A stretch of 64,000 nt of DNA from Marsupella aquatica (Eukaryota > Plantae > Marchantiophyta), in assembly GCA_973895155.1 (NCBI GenBank), contig OZ316891.1, positions 26,101,899 to 26,165,898 of the forward strand, in the 5' to 3' direction. The position numbers were made by a program, and so were the translations under genes. The stretch's first letter is position 1. Each line of letters starts with the position of its first letter. This document shows, in pieces, positions 1 to 12,705 of the stretch. Below the pieces are notes generated by a model. It was not told the origin of the DNA and searched no databases. It saw only the letters and a list, made by a program, of their open reading frames with translations.

Positions 1-3000
1 GAGCTTTGTTGTAGGGGAGGTTTATCGGCAGCTAAGACTCTTGTTCATTGTCTGGGGAAGGCACGGAAGTTTGACAGAAGCTGGGGGAAAAGGAAGGCCC
101 TGGAGAGACGCTTGCGGGAAACACAACTTCGTACATCGCTCACCCAAGCACAGCTTCAATTCGAGAGGGACCCACACATAGCTCAAAATCAAGATGCTCT
201 GAAGGCGGCTGAAACATTGGTGCAGGAATTTGAGGCTGAGAAAGTCCAGTGGATGGACTACATTCTGCAGTCCCGGTGGATTGGCGATGGGGAAAAATGC
301 TCCAAGCTTTTCTTCAGAACTTTCAAAGGATTGGCCATGAAAAACGAAATCACTCAACTTTTCACTAAGGAGAATCTGCTAGTCAGCGATTGGGACGGGA
401 TGGCTGATACTGCCACTACTTTTTTCAAGGATATCTTGGGCCAATCTGCGGGTCCACAGTGGGAACACATTGCAAGGGTTCTGGAGCTGCAAAAAACAAG
501 AATCACAAGGGAGGACCAGGAGATGCTGAATGAGCCTTTCACGTTGGAGGAGCTTGGAAAGGCTACGGCAGCGCTGGCGTGCAACAAATGCCCGGGTCCA
601 GATGGGGTACCGGTGGAGTTTTTTGTGGCGCATTGGGACATTGTGGGTCCCTCTCTGCTTGGTGCGCTTACGCAAGAAATGGCTGAGGGGGTTTTCTCTG
701 ATGCGATTACTAGGGGATTCATTGTACTCCTACAGAAGAAGGATGATCAGCGGTACTTGACCAACAAAAGGCCCATTACTTTGCTGAATGTGGTTTACAA
801 GATTGGCGCGAAGGCCTTTCAGCTACGTCTGATTCCAGTCCTACAAAGGTTCATCTCACCACAGCAATTTGCCTTTCTACCAGGTCGGAATATTCACCAT
901 TCCTTGATGCTACTCAACGAAATGTTACACCATGCTCACGTCTCTGGCCTGGATTACATTCTGATGAAATTAGACGTAACCAAGGCTTTCGACAAACTTG
1001 AATGGCCTTTCTTGATGGCTCTCATGGGGAAAGTTGGCTTCGATGGGCTACTCATGAAATTTCTGGGAGCTACTCATGCCTCAGCATCCTCGGCAGTACT
1101 TCTCAATGGGAGAATGGCTTCACCCTTTGGTCTAGCCCGATCGGTCAGACAGGGATGCCCCCTATCACCTCTTTTGTTCCTTATTGCAATTGACGCCCTT
1201 AGCAGGATGATACAATGGGCGGTCGATAGGGGGACCATTCAGGGTGTCGACATTCAACCTGTACGCGTACACAATGTGCACAATTTATATGCAGACGACT
1301 TGGCTATGCTCATTCGCGCTTTCATGGAGAATGTTGACAATTGTAAGCAGATCTTGGACCGTTTTGGCTCAGCATCCGGACTCGTTTGCATCTGGGAGAA
1401 AACGCAAGCAGCATTTATTTCCCCACGCAGACTCCCGATTCAATTCAGGCGTTTGCCCTGGAGTTGGGAGACCGAAGCCACCGCCACTAAGCTCTTAGGA
1501 ATTCCCGTGGCATAGAGTATCTCTGAAGAACAAATGGTGCTTTCCTTAGCGGAGAAGCTTGAATCCAGACTAGACAAGGTCCGTCGGAGTTCGGGGTCCC
1601 TTATTGCTCGTGTCACGGTCGCTAACCATTTAGTCATGAGCACTCTTTGGTTTATGCTCACGGTCTGGACTGGGCAGCTGCACACCCTGGCTACACTTCA
1701 AAAGAAAATCACTGCCTTCGTGTGGGCAGGGCAGAACGAGAAGGCCCGATCGAGGGTTGCCTTTGCTACTATCACTCGACCGAAGCGGCTGGGGGGACTA
1801 GGACTCATCTCATTGGTGGCGCAATTCAGGGCATTGGCAGGCAATTTCATCACTTGGGCACTGGCCGAAGGGGATCACCCACTGCGTCGAATTCTACAGC
1901 ACGAGATTAAACAACTCTCTAAGCAGAAATGGGGAGGGGAGGACTTCTCATGGGTATTCTCACACTGCCACACATTGCCACACAATGGTTCGAAGGTTTG
2001 GACCAATGTTTGTACAGGGTGGAACGTCATCAAGAAGAACCTCCGTCCCACACCCCCTGCTCATTTAGAAGGATGGCGTGATCTTCCTCTTTGGACCCCG
2101 CACATCAATCACGTCCATGCTAATGCAGCCAAATGCCGTAGCAATCCACAGAGGAAAATCAGGAGGGCAGGATTTATTTCCATGCAGGATGTCCTTGATG
2201 TACAGGGAAGTTTCATCGAATGGGAGACAGGCCCGAATTTGATACTCCCAGGGAATTGCGCCCGTGCCTACCGCAAGCTTATTGCCAACCTCAGGAGTGT
2301 ACCAGAACTACATGGCGAGCCTGAGCAACTCGTTCCTATCTTTATGGAAGCCATCATGCCCTGTGGAACTCTGTTCATTTGGGAATACCAAATACAGCGG
2401 AATCGGGTCACAACCCAATGGCAGAGATTTAATGATACTTCACATCCACGGCAGACCTTCAAGGTGGCAAATGGACTCCTCTACAAATCAGTCAACTCAA
2501 CTCCCCCGATCGGTACCGTTCTACACCGGGTTCTGGTGAGATCACACGGTAGAGCTCCCATTCTCAAGCAGCGGATTGGCAGACCTCTGGGATCCCTTTC
2601 ACCCCTGCTACAATATGAGTGGAAAGATGGGCTTCCCTTTCTGGACACCCACACTGCACATCTGAGGGAAATTCAAGGTACAACTTCTGGATCCCTTCAC
2701 AAAGCGGTGCAGAAATGGGCCATCAGCTTGAACTGGAGACCGGATCCACTTACGCTATGGGCTGATACTTGGCTACCTTTTCGGGCTGCTAGTGAAAATT
2801 GCTACTTGTGGCAGTTGATTTATAGGATCCCGGCAACACAACATTGGAGATTTCCGCGGCTACCACCCTCCGATTCCAGCACTTGGTGCACCCGGTGTGG
2901 ACTGGATCAACAGGAAGACATACTTCACTGCATATGGAGTTGTCATCAGTCTCAGATCATTTGGAGATGGGTGGAATGTGTTCTCCAGCTTTGTGCATTC

Positions 3001-3381
3001 TCTAGCCCGGGCAACTCAATTCGCCTTCAGCCCGCACACATTTTTGTTGGAGTGCCACTACCTGATGAGTGGGATACACCGGTAAAGCTTTGGCATACCC
3101 TACGGGCTATCATTTGTTGGAATGTGTGGAAGGACAGAAGCACACATTTTTTTGAACACATCAGACCTAACCCACAGGGGGTTATTCGGAAATCCTGGCA
3201 TCGACTCGGAATTTACCTCCGAAAGGACTGGGCACGACACAAAGTCCGCATTAGGGCTGGCAAGACCACCCCAAGAGAGGCCCGAAATGAGATGTCCTTT
3301 AACTACGGCACCTGGGTAGGCCTGTGGGAGATCCACGATGAAGCTCTCCAAGTTCCACCTGTCCCTCCACGTCCCCCGTGA
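1..3381 (+). pseudogene. LINE ORF2 (reverse transcriptase + zf-RVT) interrupted by a single in-frame TAG
   Basis: ORFs 112..1515 and 1534..3381 share one frame and are separated only by TAG at 1513-1515 (LLGIPVA*SISEEQM). Confidence 0.9.
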
Positions 3382-3701
3382 ATCAGAATCTTATCTCAGG
3401 TTTGGAAGTTGCACTGCAGACTGACTGATTGAGCTCTTGCTCTCTCACGGACCCACTGGAAGGAACCCCGCCGGAACCTGATCACTGGCCAGTCTTTAGG
3501 AGTTTGCTGCTCTGGCTGTAGTCTCTAAATTACTTGTTTAGGCGCCTTCCTTTTGGGGGCCAGCTTCTTCCCTGGTACCGGCCTCCCCGGTCTTAGCGCT
3601 TCGACCTTTGGTCCTTTGGGTTGGTGCCTTTTGGGCCCCCCTTTTTGTATGTTGACTTTTTGAATGGAATTCAATTGGTTCTTTCAAGGCAAAAAAAAAA
3701 A
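1..3701 (+). mobile_element. L1-clade LINE retrotransposon, 3' portion (ORF2 RT + zf-RVT, 3' UTR, poly-A); 5' end lies outside the window
   Basis: Frame open from base 1. RT motifs KCPGPDG, RPITLLNVVYKI, KLDVTKAFD, RQGCPLSP, YADD; C-terminal zinc knuckle CTRC...HCIWSC; T-rich 3' UTR 3382-3690; A11 tail 3691-3701. Confidence 0.95.
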
Positions 3702-4613
3702 CATTAATGCACCGAATTTGGTTCTGTAGAAACTTTCATGCAACTTTGGCAAATTGAAAGCTTTCTGAGACTGGTCCTTTCTTGTGCTTCATTTTGACCT
3801 AAAATTGTATGAGTCATCTCTAGATAAGGGAGTTTAGGTTTGCTGTGAGCACATATTATCCTAAATTGTCACTATTCTAAACTAGTAGCCCTTCAAATGT
3901 CACACTCCCTAAAACAAAAGGTGCCCAACCTGGAGCCACCATCCCAGTCAGGAGACCCCATAAAGGGTTCCATAAATCTTACTATTAAATAATGAACAGA
4001 AAGCTACTAGAGTGAGTGAAGCCTCTAGACCAAGACTCTAGGGCCCCACCAAAATTTGCAAATGGAAATAACAATGAGTCATGGCTCCTATCCATACTGA
4101 AAGAATGGGCATTCAGGCTCTGTAAAGAAAAACTCAAGAACACCAAACAGCCAAACAGCCCTTTCCCAACAATTGTACTTTGTTTGGTCATTTTTAGTGA
4201 ATAGGGGTCTTTCTTGGCAATCAATGATTCGCTTGCATAAGTATTCGCTAAGATTCTCGTTTGTATTCCTTTCTTATGGAACAAGGTACACTTTACACGT
4301 ACACTGTGAGCATATATTAGAACAGTTGGCCCTTTCCCAAGCAATTGCAAATTCATTTGCATCCGGTGTTTTTGCTCCTTTCCTTAGTCAGAGCACAACA
4401 CTGCACCCACGCCAGAGCAATTTCCATAGCTCAATCAAAATCTCGACAAGAAGCTCCATAGCAGCTCTGAGAGCTGAGTTTTTTCCCGGGAAGATTTCGG
4501 TGTTTCCAGTTGAGCAGTTTAGTGTAGCGATTCAAATCCATGCAATTGATTGCCTAGAGCTGCACTGGCAAGCTATTGATTGATTGATTGATTCACCACA
4601 GGCTGCTGTAGCC

Positions 4614-7600
4614 ATGGGTTCCATGGTTGAAGAAGGACGAGAGAGCAACACTGAGAGAGAGGAGGGAAATGGACGAGAAAGCAAAGTTCTGATGAAGGAG
4701 GAAGAGGGGTGGCAGTTTTCCACACTCGCAGCTCAAGCGGGCTTCTGTCAAGACGGAAACGCCCACAGCACGACTGGGAGGGGGAAGGCACTATGGACAA
4801 CTGCGGGATTCCAGTTCGAGTCTTTGCAGGAGTCTGCGGATTCGCCTTACATGTACAGGAGGGTCAAGGGCCCCAACGCTGATGACCTCGCACACGCCGT
4901 CGCCTTGCTTGAATCGGCAGAAGCAGGTTCTCATTTCTTCGCGAAGAGTAGAAATTGAATGGACTGCTGATTCAATTTATGAACTGCTTTGCGTGCGCTT
5001 GTGCCTTGCTTGATTGATGAGCGAATGAGTGAGCCAAACAGCAAAACATTTTCACTTGTCTGAGGCAAAGTGCGCGAGCTGAAGAATTTCTAGTAATCTG
5101 AAATTTCCGAATTGAGGAGAGCAACGCAGGTGGAAGGACGACAGAACAGGACTAGCTTAGGCAGTATTGCGTTGCATTTTCAGAGTCATCTATGGAAGAC
5201 GGAAAAGCAAATTAGGGGAGCAGTGAATTGATTTTGCGACCCAATTGCCTGCAGTATTCCCAACAGGGAGCTCTTTACGAGAAAGAGCCAGATCTAGTGA
5301 TGATAAACTGATGTTTTTAGATTGAAAATTTGGCAGCAATTACCATCAGAGAATTCGAAGGGAAATCACTTACATAATCCAGCTGACATTCCACAGCCCG
5401 AAGTGATGAACCAAATCACAGCAGGAAAGTTCCAGCTGTACAAATGCACTAAAGCAAAGTCATTTCCAACGCAACTAACATTCTGAAAAGTGAGCTCCCC
5501 CAAAACCAACCAATGAACTGCCTTTCTAGCCCAGATCTTTGTCAGAGAAAGGTGAAATTCAGTACTTGCATGTAATTAGTACCCGTAGGCAGCTCGAATG
5601 GTCAGTCCTTCCATGGCCGGTTGCGTTGCGCTTGGGTTGAAAGGAAACCAACAAACAGGACTTAATGGTGAACAGCTTAGCGTGTGTTCATCGTGATGGT
5701 TGAAATTTCCGTTCAGTTTTCGTTGCTCTAACCTTCTAATTATCCTGAAACCTGAAATTGAACTTGAGATTCAACTGAAAGGGACATTGTGTGATTGTCA
5801 TGATTCATGAAAATAGATCTTCACAAAATTGACATTGAAGGCCGGCTACTGTGTGATTGACAAGCCGTTGGAGTCCGAGACAACGTCCTCGAAACAGACA
5901 TTAACTTGGCATGAACGAGAGCGATTTTATGGGCATGATGCTGTTTAAGAATGGATCCATGTGTATCAACACAGAGGTGAACCTCCGCCCGGTGCTGTGA
6001 AGGAATGTCACTAATAGTGAAACTGCTGGGCGTTGATCTGCAGGTCTGGCGACCTCATCTGGAATGGGAGCGGTAGTTGCTGCAGTCATGGGATTGCTGA
6101 GCGCAGGTGACACACTTCTCACCCATATTGACACTTATGGGGGAAGTACCGAATTCTTCAACGTGGATGCGAGGAGGTTTGGAATCGATGTACATTTCGC
6201 AAATGTCCATCACGTGAAAGTTCTGGAGGATTACCTAGCCAGATTGACGGTGGAGGACTCCGTGGCAGAAGCTGCTCCAAAGAGAAAGAGGGTGATGGTG
6301 TTTCTGGAAACCATCACCAATCCAATCATTCGAGAAGCCGATGTGCCTGCAATCAGTGCAGTGGTCAAGAAGTATGGCGCTTTGCTGGTCGTTGATCACA
6401 CCTTTGCCACTCCATTGAGGGAAAGACCTCTTCTGCAGGTCAGATTCTTTCCCTCTCTCATTCCAGCTCAAAACGGTTTCATCAGTCTTTGCCTGGATAA
6501 CCAAAATTAAAACATTCATTTTGTGTCTATAGTAGCGTCTGGTAAGAGGGCATTATAGGCAGTCATGCCCTAGTCATGACCTGAATTATTTTGGGATTTG
6601 AGGACGGATTGTTTAAAGACCTAGAGTTTTGTCATTTTTTATTACTATTTTTGTGTTGAGTAGAGGAGAAGTTACATAATGGTCCAATCCAAATCTGGAC
6701 TGGGTAGTCTTATCTATAAAGCACCAAAAATCACCAGAGTAAGGCAAAGCCATGGGAGGAGGAATTCTCGATAACCTCTAGGGCATTATTGCCCACAATG
6801 CTATGTAAACAGGATGTTACCATGTTAAAACAAATGGAGAGGGCTTATGTATAGGTTCGTTCATCTTTGGCTAGCTATTGGCCCACCAAGATAATGAAAA
6901 AAAAATTTCAGGAGATGATTCACGAAGTCTTGAATCTAGAGTCATAGGGCTGGATAGGATCTCTATCTGGCAAGGCTTCTTAAACTTGCATGAGATATCT
7001 GAAAATGTTTATTTTAACTGGATGGCATTCATTTTGAAGGAAAGGTTAGGCTTTAATACAAAGACAATGTTGGGATCCTATTTGATTTCAAACGTTTGAG
7101 GAGATCCCATCCAGGCCTCTGGCTCTTCTGAATTGCCCTATTGAAGTGGTCTGTCTTTCCTAATCATTTGCTTAGTTTGGAGTTCAATTGCATTTGCCCT
7201 CTTCTTTTGTGTTTAGAGTTTGTGCTCTCTGGTTTTGCAATTGCTCTATTGTACTTTGATTGCCCTTATTAATAAATTGGGGCCCTTTTCCCTTATGGGT
7301 CCTTGAGTCTATGATCTACATTTGTATGCAGGGAGCAGATTTAGTGATACACTCTGCAAGCAAATTCCTGGGAGGTCACAATGACTTGATAGCTGGAGTT
7401 GTGGTAGGGCCTTCTAAGTATGTGAAGAAAGCAAGTAGGGTAGCTGTGGGTTGGGGTTTGGGTGCCTCTGCTTTCGACGCTTGGCAGGCTGTGCGCGGAA
7501 TTCGTACTCTCCAGGTGAGTGAGCGTTCTCTGCTAAATTTAGATAAGTAACCATCCTACATTTATGGCTTTCTTTGTTACAAAAAATCTTTTTTCTTTCT

Positions 7601-9259
7601 TTCTTTGGGTTCCTCGAGGTTGGGTGTGCAAACTCTTATATCCTTTGAGGCTTCTCTGATGTGTTATTGCATTGCAAAAAAATTCAATTTTAAAGATTAA
7701 GTTTAGTTTAGATTGCAACATCTAATTATTATTTTAGAAGTCAATGCTATGATTAACTACAACATTTGACCTAACAATTTGATGAACCAAACATTTCTTG
7801 ACACCCAAATTGGTGGCTATTTATACAACAAAAAAGTGTTATCTACGTAAAATGCATGTTTCAGAGTGGTCCATGGAGATCCTACACTCCATCCAAGCAT
7901 CTTGTCAAGTGTTATGGTCTATAGGAGTTTCAATTTCTACTTTTATTCAGAGCAATATTTGGAAACTGGGAGCCCCCATATGGACCTGATCGTCTGACAA
8001 ATGTCCGGATGGACTAGCACAACCCAAATGGACTGCAGAAAAATGTACCCGCTTTGCACTCAGATAGCAACTTTCTTTTGTAAGCACATTCATAGGTATC
8101 TAGCCAACAGTAACCTGGTCCATCCGGGTTACAAGGTTCAAGGGAGTGGTCCCTTGGGGGCCTCACTCTAAAAGGTGTCTCATAACACGCTCGACGGTTT
8201 TAGCTATTAAACACCCTAAAACCGTCGAGCGTGTTATTACCCCTATCATTTTGGAATATTCAAAAAATGTTTTCAAAAATAATTTCTAAAACCCTGTCTT
8301 CTCTTATAATTCTCAAAATTGGATTTTAAAAACCCTAATGTTCTTCTACAGAAATTTTTAATTATTCTTCTCAATCCAATAAACCTAGGGAGTGGTCCAT
8401 CTAAGCATAACTTTCAACCTTTTGTTAATGAGTGTCAAAGTTGTATTACCTAGGGTAATTGATAGTCCACTAACAAAGTGCAATAGGAAGCTAGGATAAA
8501 GGCCAAGGGTCAAGAGTGACGCCTTTAGACTGTGACTCACTTCTGCGACATAGCTCGAAGACCCTTGGGTACCTAGGGTAATTGATAGTCTAATAACAAA
8601 GTGCAATAGGAAGCTAGGATAAAGGCCTAGGGTCAAGAGTGACGCCTTTAGACCACGACTCTGGGGCATAACTCAACTCGAACGGGACACTGGTCCTCAT
8701 CATCTATTTCCAACCAAAGCTCGGGCATTCAGGTTAGTTATTATTAATATATCAACCAGTTACTACCAAGAGTCTTATGTCAAAGGAAGTTTCATGATGT
8801 TCATGATTGTGCCACCAACAAATGTGAACTGAGGAGGGTGAGATTTGCATGCAGGTGCGAATGGAACGATCATGGGCCAATGCAGAAGAGCTTGTGAAGA
8901 GAGTGTCAGCGAGTGGCCTGGCCATCGAAGTAAATTCCGCTCCTCGATGTGCTGTGTTCAGCTGCGAGGTCTATGGTGGATTGGATGGGGTTGCCAGAGC
9001 TTTGCCAGCAATGCGTCGTATCAAACTCACTCCTACTCTCGGAGGCGTGACCACAACTCTGTCTCATCCGGCCAGCTCATCTCACAAGAATTTTGCCCCC
9101 ATAGAGAGGCGCAAGTCAGGCATTTTGGATGGGCTTATAAGGATCTCCGTTGGTCTGGAAGATGCGCATGATCTTTGGGCAGACCTTCAGCAGGGGCTCA
9201 TGGCAGCCAAATCCACTGATAATGACCTTCTCACGCAAATCTCCGATCTGTCCATCTAG
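4614..9259 (+). CDS. Cys/Met metabolism PLP-dependent enzyme (cystathionine gamma-synthase / Met gamma-lyase / sulfhydrylase family), 431 aa, 4 exons
   Basis: Exons 4614-4926, 6044-6438, 7332-7514, 8855-9259 with GT-AG boundaries splice in frame (1296 nt). Family motifs span the junctions: EAGLATSSGMGA, YGGS, FLETITNP, VDHTFATP, GADLVIHSASKFLGGHNDLIAG (PLP lysine), RGIRTLQVRMER, LIRISVGLED. Confidence 0.92.
8182..8237. repeat. Perfect 22-bp inverted repeat (12-nt loop) in intron 3 of the PLP-enzyme gene
   Basis: ataacacgctcgacggttttag (8182-8203) / ctaaaaccgtcgagcgtgttat (8216-8237). Confidence 0.9.
8447..8653. repeat. 84-bp direct duplication (period 123) in intron 3
   Basis: tacctagggtaattgatagtc...gacgcctttagac at 8447-8530 and 8570-8653, few mismatches. 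Confidence 0.9.
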
Positions 9260-10000
9260 ATATGTAGCAGCCTGGAGTTTGAGGTAAATCACTATGTGAA
9301 CAAGCTCTGGACTCATTTCTCTGAGCTATCAGTTATTCACCGATGTCTACATGGATCCCACTGCCAGTAGCAGCAGAGAAATACAGAAACCTTGCCAAAC
9401 GCCGAGCAAAAGTATACAATTAAATAATGTTAGGCACAGTACACAACCAAGATAATGTTGACGCCAAACAGTCCTTCGAGAAATGGTCCCTAGAAGATTT
9501 TGTACATAAATAATTACACTGCAAGAGGGAGCTGCAGTCCCTCCAACTATGCTAACAATGATACACTAATACAAATGATATATTGATACAAATGCTGCTG
9601 GAGACTTGTATGAGATGGAATCAAATTCAATTTGGGATGAGCTAAAAGTCGATGCCCTGATGGTGGAAAGCTGCAGCATGCAGATATGATGAATTGGAAT
9701 AGTAAATGACCAACGCTTCTAGTCCATATGAATTCGATTTGAATGAACTGAATATACACACTAAAGCTAAGTATGTGACGCTGTCAACTGAAGTAACTGA
9801 CGTCGTCCTATCCATCGGTAGGAGTCCGATTACCCGCAGCCAGGTGATGATTAGCTTAAACGACAATTATGGTCCAGTCTCAATGCTGATGTATAAAGAT
9901 GCTGCACTATCTTTTAAGTAGGGGCGTCCACTACCCTCCATGTTGTCACTTCGCTCCCTCCCAGCAGCTCCGGTCGACTCTACTTGCCAAATTTGAGGTC

Positions 10001-12705
10001 TCACGCACAATTCGGCATTTTCTTGGCTGTTTCGCCTGAACAAAAACCAAGAGGTGCGTCTTTGTCATACTCAAACCTGAAAACAATTGAGCAAACGTAT
10101 GTATATAGTGACCAGTGTCCAAACAATAGTCTAAGCAATATGTACTCACACAAAGCATAGCAAGGCTGTTGATAGGCCGCATCTTCTTCTAATGGAGGTG
10201 GATGGAGTCCGTATATCATATCACAACTCATGTCTTCAAAATCTGGTCGGGACACCGCCGTTTCAACCAAGAAAATTATATGAGGGTATCCATATAGAGT
10301 GTTGATGGTTAGCTTTCGTACAGCATTGAAACCATTGCCTTTCAATGCTCCGTCTTCTTGCCAGGGGACAAAAAGGGGAATGCAATCAAAACAGAACGGG
10401 AACTCGAGACATACTCTTCAATAGCAAAATAAATTGGGGCAAAGTAAGGAGGCAGAAAAGTACTTGGATTCATTGTCAAGGGCATGCCAAACTGCTCGAG
10501 AATGAACCTTTGAGTGGGACTCTTGCAGAGGTTAACACACAGCCCAACACACCGGCTCTGCTCAAGATACCTGTGTGCATGACAATCTTCACAACATTAG
10601 AGTTTTCTACTGTTTGTACAAAAATTTGAAATCTAAGCTGACCTCACTGCACAATCATACGACTTGGTCCTAAAAGTAAGGTTTATTTGGATCTCTGGGC
10701 TCACCTGCATTTTTTTATATGTACAGTGCTTTTCATCATCACACCATCAATCTCACCCTCCCTGACCTGTCCATCCAACAGCAGCAATTACCATTTATAA
10801 AATCGAAATACAAAGATGTCATCCATACAATCAATACAGTATTTTACAAAGCAAAATTCTTGATGACAGACAAGTTCTCTCCACGATTACGAGCAATAAT
10901 TGGTACGAAGACAGGGTGCCTTGTGCATAGAAGTACCTCGCATTCTCCTACAAGCCATTTGAAGAAGATTAAAGTGAATTTTGCGAAGATCTCCTTGACG
11001 GATGTTGTTTTCGGAATAATGCGGAACTGCACATTTGGGTATTGCAGTCAGTAAAATAATTCTTGTTTGTTATGATTATATGATTATGGAAGAAATTACT
11101 CACAGCCAATCCTAACCAGCCGAGTACTACAGATAAAAAAACGCAATTGAACCTCCGTTGTGCACAGCACAAAAATGTTTCCAACGATTACTTGCGAGCA
11201 TCATCAGAAAAGTCTTCCATTGAAGGCCAGGTTTGACTGAAGATGCCACGTTATTGGGAGGATGACCTCCTCACTGACAGCAACATGAATACAGATACAA
11301 GGAGAGTTGAAGGTAAGACACACACTCACACAAAATAGAAGCCATTGCGGCAAGACAACATTGAGCAGCTCGTTAACCCTCTCCCGCTGCAATGTGGATG
11401 GGAGCCCATGGACAAATTTTCTGGTCATGTCCACAAAACCATCATAACCCTTCACATCTGCTGTCTTGCCTTCACAAATCCATTATCATCATCACAACAT
11501 CACGAATTAGCTCATAGTTAGCTACTAATGTTTTACTATCAAACAGCGATGCTGATACAAAGTGAGAACGGCGGTGTAACTCTTCACTCAACGGCTTTGG
11601 CAGTTTATAACATAAACGTTGATGTCAAAATAACATTAACCAGAAATTCTCCCTCAGAAGTATCACCGCTCTAGCACGCATGTGAACCAAAGGTCTTCTG
11701 AAGACAGAACCCTTGCCGCGTTTTTCCTAAAGTCCTGAATTTTAGTTACTATGCTAAAATTGGTCTTACATGACTAAGTTTATACTTATTGTTGTGGAGG
11801 AATAGTTTGACGATAGATACATCGATACAGTCAAGAAACGGGCAGCGCTAAATGAAAATGAATGACCTAAGGCGACGCATTTTCTAGGTGACGAGAACTT
11901 TGATGAATCGACTCATTTTTGAGGCCTTAATCAGATACCCAAAAGCTGTTGTGATTAATTGCTCCTTTATGGAATGTAAACCGCTTGATACAACTCGAGT
12001 TAATAATTAGGCAATTTCAAAATTTGATGCATCCAAGCTGGTGCTTTCAAAATGCTGTAATGACTAAACTCTGAAGAAGATGAATTAATGTACAACCAAG
12101 AGGGTGACGGGACTGAAGATACAAAGGGGCCCGTATATCGATAGTATTGAAATCGGCTCTACTAATTCACAAAGTGAAATGCAGCAAAACGAATTGAGAG
12201 AGCTGATCAAAACATTTCACAGCCACGAGTCTCGGATATGATACAGAATGTGCAATTCCTGTATCAATTTACTGTTCACAGGTCTCAATCCTTCAATGAC
12301 AGGGGCTGACAATGAAGAGACAAATTGGGGGCTTCGAGCATTACCGCAAAGGACAGACATTTGGTTCGTGAGAAATTCGACAGCCTTCACTTCTAACCAA
12401 GAATCCGTGTACTGCGTCAAGCTGCTAGGCTCCGCACTACCTTCTTCCCGGATTGGCCGCGGTACCCCTCTGACCGGCATTCCATCTTTATTGGGCCTCT
12501 CTCTCCCACTCCTCCTCACTAATCCTCTCTTTCGCTGTTGCTCCAAATGAAGACCCACAATTGGCAGCGCTGGTGATCCCAAAGCCTTCACAAAATAGCT
12601 GCGTCCATGAGGTAGTGCTGGCCTGCTGGTGCTAGTGCCGCAAATTCCCAGAATGTCTTCCGTTCTTCCCGTGCATCGCCATCCGCTCACCATTGTCTCG
12701 GCCAT
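10001..12705 (-). CDS. D27: Beta-carotene isomerase D27 family (DUF4033; closest to D27/D27-like1), 295 aa, 7 exons, probable plastid transit peptide
   Basis: Minus-strand exons 12345-12705, 11330-11469, 10937-11026, 10705-10766, 10464-10570, 10150-10242, 10001-10035 (888 nt, in frame, GT-AG). They give [70 protein letters not shown], QPCY, characteristic of the D27 family. Confidence 0.93.

Noticed and set aside
1513-1515. Programmed stop read-through in LINE ORF2
   Set aside because: A C-to-T nonsense mutation is simpler, and L1 ORF2 is not known to use read-through here.
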